The notes under the pieces: generated by a model
Database searches by the model: none
What the model saw: only the letters and a program-made list of their open reading frames with translations
What the model was told of the DNA's origin: nothing
Translations under genes and position numbers: made by a program
Assembly (NCBI GenBank): GCA_951406725.2
Contig: OX597816.1
Location: forward strand, 176,328,001 to 176,392,000
From: Octopus vulgaris
Lineage: Eukaryota
Direction: 5' to 3'
Length of the DNA stretch: 64,000 bases
In this document: piece after piece, positions 35,633-45,849 of the stretch
How the letters are laid out: each line of letters starts with the position of its first letter
Position numbering within the stretch: position 1 is the first letter of the stretch

Positions 35633-38600
35633 TATATCATTATCATCATCATCATCGTTTAGCGTCTTCTTTACAAACTAGAATGGGTTAGACTGATACT
35701 GGTAAGCAGGAGGGCTGCACCAAGTTCCAATCAGATTTGACATGGTTTCTACAATTGGGTACCTTTCCTAACATCAACCACTCCAAGAGTGTAAATGGGT
35801 GCTTTTTATATGCCACTGGCATGGGTGCGAGTTACATGATACTGGCATCAGCCACAACTATGATGCCACTTGGCTTGGTGGGTCTTCTTCTCAATCACAG
35901 CATATCACCAGAGGTCTCAGTTACTTATCATTGCATCCATGAGGCCCAATGTTAGAAAGATGCCTCTTACGTGCCACAGGCATGGATGCTAATTACGTGA
36001 CACCAGCATTGGCCATGACTACGATTTCACTTGGTTTGACAGGTCTTCTTGAGCGTGGCATATTGCCAAAGGTTTTGGTTACTTTTCTTTCCACGAGGCC
36101 CAACATTTGTCCTATGTCTTCCTCATCTTATATCTTCTTGGGTCTACCCCTTCCAGTTTCCCCCTACAGAGAGTGGCACTTCTTTACACAGCTGTCCTCC
36201 TTCCTATGCATCATATGACTATACCAGTGCAGTCATCTCTCCAGCACACTGCATCTGATGCCTCTTATGCCCAACTTTTCTCTCAAGATGCCTACACTCT
36301 GTCATACATGCAAGCTGACATTGCACATCAAACGAAGCATACTAGCTTCATTTCTTTCAAGCCTATGCATGTCCTTGGTGGTCACAATCCTTGTTTCACT
36401 GCCATGTAGCATGGCTGTTCACACACAGGCATATACTATCCATGTTTCATTCTGAAGGAGAGGCTCTTTGTTACCAATATAGCTAAGAGCCCTCTGAACT
36501 TTGCCCAGCCTATTCTTATTCTAGCAGCTATGCTCTCAGAGTATCCACCTCCACTACTAACTTGGTCACCTAGGTAACAGAAGCTATCAACTACTTTGAG
36601 GTATCCCCCTTGACATTTGATGGTGTTGTGATTTTAAATTTTGATTATGTTCTTCCTTCGATTTATCACACACAGTCATGTTGTCGACATAAGCAAAAGT
36701 AGCTCTACAATTATGGCTCTCGATTACATTATTGAGCACTCTCTGGAAATAGGGCACTGCATTTGTAAGTCTGAAAGCAATACGTTTGCTTTGACCACAA
36801 TTTTCCCTCTGCTTTGAAAGCCGTGTGCTGCTACTAAAGTTAATTATACAATAACAATCAATGGCGTGAAAGCATTTGCTTTGATTAATGGCTCTGCTAT
36901 GAATCATATTATCAAAGAGTTTGTAAAAAAAAAAAAAAATTGGTAATGAAGTCCGAAAGGAATGAAATTAACATGGCTGTCAATGGAAATCGTTCCCAAA
37001 GTGATGGGTATTGTATGGGTTCAATTGAACTTCAAAGAAGAATTTGAAAGCAAGTAAAGCTGGTAGTACTTGATAATTTGTTTGTAGATATATTTTTAGG
37101 ACAAAATTTCTTAAAACAGCATCATGTACAAATTACCTTTGACGGCGCCAAGCCCCAGTTATATTTGAGAGCTCTAAATTGCATTAAAAGTGACATTATA
37201 CTGAGGTTGTTTGAAAATTTAAACTCTGACTCTAAACCCATAGTTATAAAATAGAGAAAACAGTCCACCAATAATGAAAAGGTTATTGCTGATACTATAA
37301 GCTGAGATCTGGTATTGGTAATGTCAGGAGAAAATCATTGTAAGAGACTGTATATTGATTATAGTGAGACTATAAATATGTTTACACAATTAAATGGATA
37401 CCCACTGCCAAATATGCATGACATGGTCACAAAAATAACTCAGTTTAATTATTTTAACACACTGGATCTCAAAAGTGCGTATCAAGTTGAGATTCCAGTT
37501 GAAGATCGACGTTACACAGTTTTCGAAGCACAGGGAAAATTGTATCAAAGCAAACATATTTCCAGAGAGTGCTCAATAATGTAATCAAGAGCCATAATTG
37601 TAGAGCTACTTTTGATTATATCGACAACATGACTGTGTGTGATAAATCGAAGGAAGAACATGATCAAAATTTAAAACATTTTCTTCAAGTTGCTAAGGAC
37701 TGTAATTTAACTTTTAATGATGCCAAATGCATTTACAGCACTACACGGATTCGATTGCTTGGTATGAAATTCAAAATGGTAACTTGAAACCTGACCCTGA
37801 CCAGGTAAAACCCTTACTGGAACTACCAATTCCTAGTACTCACAAAACATTGAGTCGAATTGTTGGTCTATTTACATATTATTCCAAATGGATTCCAAAA
37901 TTCTCTGACAAGATAAAACCATTGGTTGATACTAAATATTTTCCTTTGAGTGAACAAGGGTTGTCAAATTTAAAAACTTTACGAGATGATTTAGCAAACG
38001 CTACCTTAAAAGTGATTGATGAAAGCCTTCCTTTCTCAACAGAAACAGACGCATTGGAGGTAGCTATATCTGGCATTTTACACCAAAATGGAAAGCCAGT
38101 TGCATTATTTTTCAAGAACCTTCAACCCAAGTGAGTGTTGTTATTCTTGTATTGAAAAAGAGGCAACAGCGATTGTGAAATCTGTGAGAAAATGGTCTCA
38201 TTTTCTTCTTGGACATAACTGATCAAAACAGTGTTGCTTATATCAAAAAGATACTACGTTGGTGAATCAAAGTAGACCAATATAAAATTTGATATTATTT
38301 ACTGCCAAAGCAAGTTTAATGTTGCATCTGATGCTTTATTGCATACCTGTTTCACAGCTACGACTGATAATGATCTGTACCATGTTCATGCAGTGCTGTG
38401 TCATCCTGGGATCACATGATTGTTTCATTATATTAAAGTTAAGAATTTACCATACTCTGTAGACGATGTAAAGCATATAACTAACAATTGTGTAATATGT
38501 TGAGGTGAAACTTCATTTTACTAAAACCTCTGTTTCATCAGTCATTAAATCTACTAAAGCTTTTGAAACATTGAGGTTTAATTTTAAAGGACCCCTACCT

Positions 38601-38802
38601 TCAATGCCAAAGAACCATTATTTTTTAACTGTTGTGGATGAGTATTCATGGTTTTTGTTTATTTTTCCATGCACTGATACTAGTGGTCATTCTGTTATTA
38701 GTAATTTGAAGGTTTTGTTTAATCTTTTCGGATTTTCAACTGTTATTCATAGTGGTAATGTTAAATGTTTTGTATCTAAAGAACATAATTTCTGTATGAT
38801 AG

Positions 38803-39113
38803 GTGGCACGTAAAAAGCACCATCTGAATCGTGGCCGAAGCCAGTGCCGCCTTGACTGGCTTCCGTGCCGGTGGCACGTAAAATGCACCAATCCGACTGT
38901 GGCCGATGCCAGCCTTGCCTGGCACCAGTGCAGGTGGCACGTAAAAAGCACCCACTACACTCACGGAGTGGTTGGCGTTAGGAAGGGCATCCAGCTGTAG
39001 AAACATTGCCAGATAAGACTGGAGCCTGGTGCAGCCTTCTGGCTTCCCAGATCCCCGGTCGAACCGTCCAACCCATGCTAGCATGGAGAACGGATGTTAA
39101 ACGATGATGATGA
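38803..39113 (+). mobile_element. RTE 3'-tail fragment inserted in the Gypsy integrase
   Basis: Interrupts the integrase reading between ...CMI and GIAITHS; (GAT)n tail. Confidence 0.85.
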
Positions 39114-39460
39114 GGGGAATAGCGATTACTCATTCTACTGTGTACAATCCTCGTGGAAATGCTCAATGTGAAAGGTATAATGGAGTAATATGAAATTTCA
39201 TTAAATTGGCCTTACATAGCAGAAATTTACTAGTTTCTCAATAGGAAGTTGTGCTTCCAAAAGTTTTACATTCGCAACATTCATTTTTGTGCACAGCAAC
39301 TAAGGAGATCCAGCATGAGAGATTCTTTAAATTACCTAGACATTCTGTGTGGTGTTTCCGTTCCAACTTGGTTAATGCAAGAACCAGAACCTCAAACTAC
39401 TTTTCACTGGCGTTCATCCAGAACAAAACAAAGTTCCTGATAGGTTAAATTTATGATTGA

Positions 39461-39855
39461 CTAGCAGTATTGCCCGGCGTTGCTCGGGTTTGTAAGGGAA
39501 ATAACTATATAAGCATTTTTAGAGATGTAAAGAATAATAGCCATCTCAATATGGCTAACCACAAAGGGGGGGGGGTTACTGTAGCCTTTTACGTTCTGAG
39601 ATTTAATAATACATTTTTAGAGAGTTACTTCCCTTATATAATAGCAAAAAAATGCATTAAAAATGGGAAAAAATGATGGTAAATTTTTTTAAATCGTAGA
39701 ATCATCGTAGATGTGCGCTAATACCCAGAAGGGCTCGATATGAATCACGACTATAAGATACCTGGTTTTGGTTAAACGGCACCGCAAAATGTGGGAGTAG
39801 TTAAGAATCTAAGTCGTAGGAGACAGACACACAACCTTACTTTTATATATAAAGA
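39461..39855 (-). mobile_element. Non-autonomous Helitron (same family as 9333-9706) inside the Gypsy element
   Basis: A|CTAG-cagtattgCCCGGcgttgcTCGGG ... tttatatataaaGA|T is the reverse complement of the 9333-9706 termini. Confidence 0.87.
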
Positions 39856-41623
39856 TGTGTTACGCTTATGCAATACCTCATTATTACGTTGTTGTGATTA
39901 GCTCATGGTTATGTTTGTATTTTGCATTTTGTTAGTTAATTGGGTTTTTTTTAATGGGTAAAAATGTTGTGATTTTAGTTTTGATCACATGACTTTGTCT
40001 CAATTGCTGTTCTTTGTCTGCAGTTGCGCAGAGTTCTGCTCTGTTTACGGCACAACGTGTTCAGTGTTAGTTTTTAGTTAGTCAAGACTGTAGCAACTTG
40101 CTGCAGAAAACTGTTGAAGTTTAGTTTTGCCTACAATTTAACAATCTTTGTTTGTATTGTAGATTACTGTATTTTTAGTTGATTAAAACCTTTTTAACTT
40201 AGATATTCCAGTTTGGGTTTATAACAGATGGAATCTATTTTCTGTATGTTTCTAGTGTTTATTGTACCTGTGCACCCTCCATGCACAGAAACTATTTCCC
40301 CAGTTAACCTTCCTCTGATATTGCTGCACTTATGTGTCCATAGCTTGCACCAGGTACATCTTATGGAGTTTCTATGCCTTTTCTATAGATCGAGCTGAGG
40401 GATTTGTGATTTGTCTGCTCTTCTATTTACTAATACTTTGGTTTTTGCTAAGACTAAATCTAAGGCCCTTTGATTCTAGACATTGCTTCCACACCTGAAA
40501 TTTCTTTTAGTTCTGGTGGTGATATGGCTATAAGGACTAGGTCATCAGCATAGAGGAGCTCTCATGGGCAGTCTGTCCTAAATTCCTCTGTTATTGCCTG
40601 GAGGACTATGATGAACAAGATGAGGCTGAGAACTGATCCTTGGTGAACCCCTAATTGTACCCTGAATTTCTCGTTATACTTCTTGCCAACCTTCACCTTA
40701 CTGACAACATCCCTGTACACAGCTTGTTCAACTCTCACCAACCACTCATCTATCCCTAGCTTCCATATTGACCACCAGATAAGGGTGTGGGAGACTGTCA
40801 AAAGTTTGCTCCATGTCGACAAAAGCCAGGTACAGAGGTTTATTTTTGTCTAAATATTTCTCCTGTAGTTGCCTAACCAGGAATATAGCATCAGTCATGC
40901 TCATGTGTGGCACAAATCCAAACTGCACCTCATCTACACTAACTCACTTCCTAATTAATTGAGCTATGACCCTTTCTGTGACTTTCATCATCTGGTCCAG
41001 CAATTTGATGCCCATGGAATTATTTGTGTCTAAGGCAACACCTTTGTATTTGTAGCAGTTGACTACACTGCTACACCAGTCATTGGCTATGACCACCTCA
41101 TGGACAACCTGATTAGCTATATGGATGACTAGGCTATATCCTACTCCACCAGATATTTTAAGTATCTCAATGGTGATTCCCCGTCTTTATATCCTTAATT
41201 GCTTTATCTACCAAGCTACTGTCAATTCGCATAGCTGGTCCCTCAGTTGGGTCAGCATTTGGTAGATTCTCCTTATATTCATTCTCCACATTTAGCAGCC
41301 TTTCATAATAGCATTTCCAAGGCTCTTTCTTTGCAGAATCATTAAGTGCAAATGCACCATCATCCATGTGGACACATTTCTCTTCTATGACATCACAATT
41401 TTCTCTCACATACTGTCTTGGAATCAAAAACACTTCAAGTCTCTGATCTTCACATCACATAACATTGGCAAACCTTTTCTGCTTCTCCTCTGGTTCCTTT
41501 CTGGTTCAAGACGTATGCCCACGCCATCAACCTCATCACTGTTCTCTATCCAGGAGATTTTATACCTATGCACTTTATGTGTGAGGAACCTAGCAAAACC
41601 TCCTCTTCCCCTTACTTCTTGTG

Positions 41624-41624
<1 letters not shown>

Positions 41625-41657
<33 letters not shown>

Positions 41658-43422
41658 TCATTTGTTTGTTGTTTACACACCCATCTTCTTTTGTTTTTTT
41701 TTTTGTAGATTCTCACTGTATACACACACACACACACACATATATATATACACTTGCGTCGGAAATTAATTAGCACTTCTCAAATTTCTACATTTTCTTA
41801 CATTTTCTTAATTTAATTAACTTATTATCAGAAACGAACTCGTTTTTAATCAAAAATTTATTAAAACATATCCCAGCACACCACATAATTGTTATTAATC
41901 GTGAAATTTAGTCAATATCTTGTTGCTCCTCCTTTGGCAGCAATGACAGCTACTACGCGGGTCGGCATGCTGTCTATGAGTGCCTGCAGGTACTGTGCAG
42001 GGATGGCCCTCCATGCAGCAAGAAGTGCCCCAAACAGCTTGTGTCGGTTCCTGTATTGCTGCACATTCAAATCCCTACCCAATCGACTCCAGAGGTTCTC
42101 AATAAGGTTCAGGTCAGGTGACTGGCCAGGCCAGTCCATGACCGTCACCCCATGGTCCTTGACGAAACTGGTTGTGAGCTTGGCTGTGTGGGAAGGCGCG
42201 TTGTCCTGCTGGAGCACGTACTCCTCGCCACCAAAGAGGTATCCCGTACTATCTCAACGTACTTTGCTGCGTTGATGTTGCCTTCGACGGCATAGAGCCG
42301 CCCAACACCACTGTAGCTGAATGCCCCTCACACCATCAGACCACCCCCACCATGCTTCATGGTGGGAGCAATGCAGTCTTTGTTGAAGCGCTCACCCCTG
42401 CGGTGTCGCACATGGACAGGCTTGTCACTGATGAGACTGAATTGCGACTCGTCAGTGAACATCACTGTCCACTACTGCTGCACAGTCCATGTCTTGTGGG
42501 CTGTAAGGAGCGGCTTATGGGCGGCCCTACAGGATTTTAGACCAGCTTCCAGTAATCTGGTCTTGACGGTAGTTGTAGACAACTGCTTCCCTGTCATCTT
42601 TTGCATCTCCTCCGCCAGTTGCTGGCTCGTTGCCCTTCGGTTGTACAGTAAATTTCGGATCAGCATCCGGTCCTCCCGCTGGGTCGTCAGCCTCTTCCGT
42701 CCCCTACCCTTTTTGTCACCTGCTGATCTGGTTTCCTCGTATTTCTTAAATAAGCACTGAATTGTGCACCTGGCTACACCAAGTTTTCCGGCTATTGCAG
42801 CCTCCGACAGCTTCCCACGCCACGAGAGAGCCTCGTACCGTCTCTCCAAAATCATGCGAGGTCTTGGGCCCATCTAGGAATGAACGATAAAAACCAGTTA
42901 TTTTCATTAAAACTATTCATTTGAATAATGTTATGCTATAACAAAACTGCTATGAGTTATTATTCATTAAACAAAAAAGAAAGAAAGCAGAATTTCTCAC
43001 CTTATTTGATGTATAACAGAAAGTTTTGTGAACCGGAAGTGACCTCATCAAGCAGATTGTAGGAGAATTTGTGAGGAAAAAAAATCTTGCAAATACACAA
43101 ATCAATTAACCTACGAGCTGTTCAAAACGTCTTACGCGATGAGAAAACTTAGTACGGTGTGATTTCGGTCCTTGCGAGGCGCTACCTATATCTATTAAAC
43201 AAAGGAAGATTTGTCTGCATCCGCACTCCAAGTTGTTGTTGCACTGCTATGTCAACATCATTAGGCTGTAGACTCTCAAACTGCTCTGCAAACAAAGTTA
43301 CGTCATCGTTCTGCGCAACAGTGAACTCACAACAAAGCAATAGTTCGAGATGTGGCCACTAGGTGACAGCAAATACCTTGAGTGAAGAGCAAATCAAGGG
43401 TGCTAATTAATTTCTGACGGTA

Positions 43423-43453
<31 letters not shown>

Positions 43454-43615
43454 CTCATTTGTTTGTTGTTTACACACCCATCTTCTTTTGGTTTTTTTTG
43501 TAAATTCTCACTGTATACATACACACACACACATATATATATATACTCATTTGTTTGTTGTTTACACACCCATCTTCTTCTTTTGTTTTTTTTTTTGTAA
43601 ATTCTCACTATACAT

Positions 43616-43646
<31 letters not shown>
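41625..43646. repeat. ~100-bp compound tandem repeat (three units) interrupted by Tc1
   Basis: Unit (ta)n-ctcatttgtttgttgtttacacacccatcttcttttg(t)n-gta.attctcact-(ca)n at ~41650, ~43450 and ~43545. Confidence 0.85.
41751..43425 (-). mobile_element. Tc1-family (DD34E) transposon, full length, transposase disrupted
   Basis: TA-flanked ~26-bp imperfect TIRs (cacttgcgtcggaaattaattagcac / gtgctaattaatttctgacggtagtg); transposase 42873->41912 with GRKR, FTDES, QQDNAPSH and WPGQSPDLNLIENLW; internal stops and a frameshift. Confidence 0.95.
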
Positions 43647-43899
43647 CGAGCAAAATGCCCCCCGTCCAATGGACAGTGCTGAGTTGTCAAACATTTAAAC
43701 CAAATTTTCTCAAAACAACTTGTCCGACCATCCCATAGGTCTCCCCTTTGAGAAACACTAATTTAACCTAAATTTGAGACATCAGCAAAAGACGGATTTC
43801 GACTGATGTACTTGCGCGTACAAATGCACATTCCCATGGCTTTATTGATGGCATTCTCACCTGGAATCGATTTTTGTAATTTTTTTTTGTAATTGAAGA

Positions 43900-44082
43900 A
43901 AGTGTTCTTAATTACTCTACCATCCCATTTATTTTCTGATCCCCTATGCCCCAGCACTTCGCCACCATCTCCCTCTTGCACTCTTGCTGTCTCCCACTCC
44001 TCCTCCTCTTGCTTTTCCCTCAGGCTGGATAGCCATGTATCTTCTTTACAGCAACACACCTGTTTCTGTCGTCATTCTTGAT

Positions 44083-44113
<31 letters not shown>

Positions 44114-44535
44114 CTCCTCTACAAGAGGACACCTCTTTCTGTCTCTCTATCACACTCAAACATTTCATCATCAAACACGAGATCACCTCCCCTAATAGCC
44201 CTCTGCTCTCAAAGGTTCTTTGTCTTTCAAGCTACTTGGTGATCCTGCCATTGTTAGTGTCATGCAAAAAGCATCCAGCTCACACTGTAAAGTGGTTGGC
44301 ATTTGGAAGGGCATCCAGCTGTAAAAACCATGCCAAAACTGACTTTTCCTGTGCTGGTGCCATGTAAAAGGCACTCAGCTCACTCTGCCGGGTTGTTGGC
44401 GTTAGGAAGAGCCTCCAGCTATAAAAACCCTGCCAAAAGAGACATAAAAATCTGGATCAGGTTCATGCTTGACCAGCTCCTGTCAAACTGTCCAACCCAT
44501 GCCAGCATGGAAGGTAGATATTAAATGATGATGAT
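43900..44535 (+). mobile_element. Diverged RTE-type 3' UTR and tail
   Basis: Duplicated ..gttggc.tt.ggaagggcatccagct.taaaaacc.tgccaaaa.. unit and ..cccatgccagcatggaa..gatgatga tail; 5' boundary uncertain. Confidence 0.65.
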
Positions 44536-44792
44536 ATATATAATAGACATTCGTGTTCTTGTACAAAATCCAGTTATAAGGCTTCAGTTGTCCCAGGGCT
44601 ATACTAGAATGTATTTGATGCAGTGCTTTTAGGTAGTGTATTTCTTTACAACACTACCATGCTTTACTTAAACTATACCTGCTTATTTTGTTTTAAATGT
44701 ATATGTAGAAATTTTAAAAATTATTGCTATTTGAGAATTAGTTAACCTTTATTTCTACCCAATGAGTGTTATGTTTAAACTTTTTTTTCCAG

Positions 44793-44928
44793 CTTTGTGG
44801 TTCGCTTCATTGAACTAAATGGACTTCAGATCATTCTGGATTTCCTAAGCAATATGGATTATGAGACAGCACAAAGTTCAGTACATACATCAATGATTGG
44901 GTGTATTAAAGCTCTCATGAATAACTCA
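44793..44928 (+). CDS. DAAM: DAAM-like formin, exon 5 ([45 protein letters not shown])
   Basis: Acceptor ttttttttccag, donor GTAAGT at 44929, 136 nt, phase 2/0 (AG|C = Ser). Carries the [14 protein letters not shown] signature. Confidence 0.96.
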
Positions 44929-45089
44929 GTAAGTAATCAGTTTTCAACCTGTCTCTTCTCTGATCTCCAGGATTCAGGCTATAAATATTTCTACATCTGT
45001 TTGTTGCAAAAGTAAATTAAGATGGGGAAAAAAATTCTACACGTAAAATATTGATGTTGTAAGAAATTGTCCTTGTGTGTAGAAAATAA

Positions 45090-45330
45090 GTCTAGCACTC
45101 GGTCAGTTATGCCAAGTGTTCCAGTTGATTCAATTAATGAGAACAGCCTGTTCATAAAATTAACATGCAAGTGGCTGAGCACTCTACAGACAAGGCTAGC
45201 CCTCTGATGGATGGAAGCACTCCGTTGGTTACGACGACGAGGGTTCCGGTTGATCCGAATCAACAGAACAGCCTGCTCGTGAAATTAACGTTTAAGTGGC
45301 TGAGCACTCTACAGACAAGGCTAGCCCTCT
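45090..45330 (-). mobile_element. Two partial SINE family B body 1 fragments
   Basis: aacagcctg.tc.t.aaattaac.tg.aagtggctgagcactctacagacaaggctagccctctga occurs twice. Confidence 0.75.
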
Positions 45331-45509
45331 GAATAATAGATACAACTCATGTTTACTAGAGCCAGAGCTGGTTTCAGCCGGGTTGGTAATGAAAGGGTTA
45401 AAAGAAGTGAACAAATTTGGTGTAGGAGGAATGGCTGAATGAATAAAATATTGGAGGAGTAACTTTTGATACCTGGCATTGCTCAGGATTAAAATGATAT
45501 AGTTTTCTA

Positions 45510-45815
45510 TTGTTTTACTTGTTTCGGTCATGTGATTATGGCCCTGCTGGAGCACCGCATTTACTTGAAGAAATCAACCCCAGATTTATTCTTAGTAAGC
45601 CTAGTACTTATTCTATTGGTATATTTTGTCAAATGGGTAAGTCACAAGGACATAAACACTGCAACAACAGTTGTCAAGCGATGGTGGGGCTACAAACAAA
45701 CAAAGACAGACAGACAGACACACACACACACACAAATATACAAATCTATACGAAGGTCTTCTTTCAGTTTCCGTGTACGAAATCCACTCACAAGGTTCTT
45801 GTGGGCCTCAGGCTA
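45510..45815 (-). mobile_element. Old SINE family A-related copy (partial)
   Basis: Diverged tail and body. Confidence 0.7.
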
Positions 45816-45849
45816 TATATATATATTTATTGTATATATGAGAGAACAA

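Larger units (their letters stand above)
36624..40226 (+). mobile_element. Rearranged Gypsy LTR retrotransposon (PR-RT-RH-IN), 3' LTR 39965-40226
   Basis: 5-bp TSD gatgg at 36619-36623 and 40227-40231; LTR TGTTG...TAACA; LDLKSAYQ, YIDN and TDA..VAISGIL (ORFs 37315, 37569, 37727); integrase FKGPLP..FLTVVDEYS (ORF 38505) and YNPRGNAQCERYNG (~39143). Confidence 0.9.
35636..41560 (-). mobile_element. RTE-clade LINE split in two (about 35636-36623 and 40227-41560) by a Gypsy insertion
   Basis: The two halves rejoin across the duplicated gatgg to give the same sequence as the uninterrupted copy at ~27095-27160; QFGFVP..TDAIF and VHQGSVLS motifs (ORFs 40746, 40562). Confidence 0.88.

Noticed and set aside
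38803-38955. Regularly spaced GGTGGCACGTAAAAAGCACC repeats resembling CRISPR repeat-spacer structure
   Set aside because: The intervening sequences are related to each other, and the block is the 3' UTR of the RTE LINE (attached to it at 48590-48952).
41912-42873. Active or domesticated Tc1 transposase
   Set aside because: In-frame stops, a short deletion after KPLLT and a frameshift before the second catalytic Asp.
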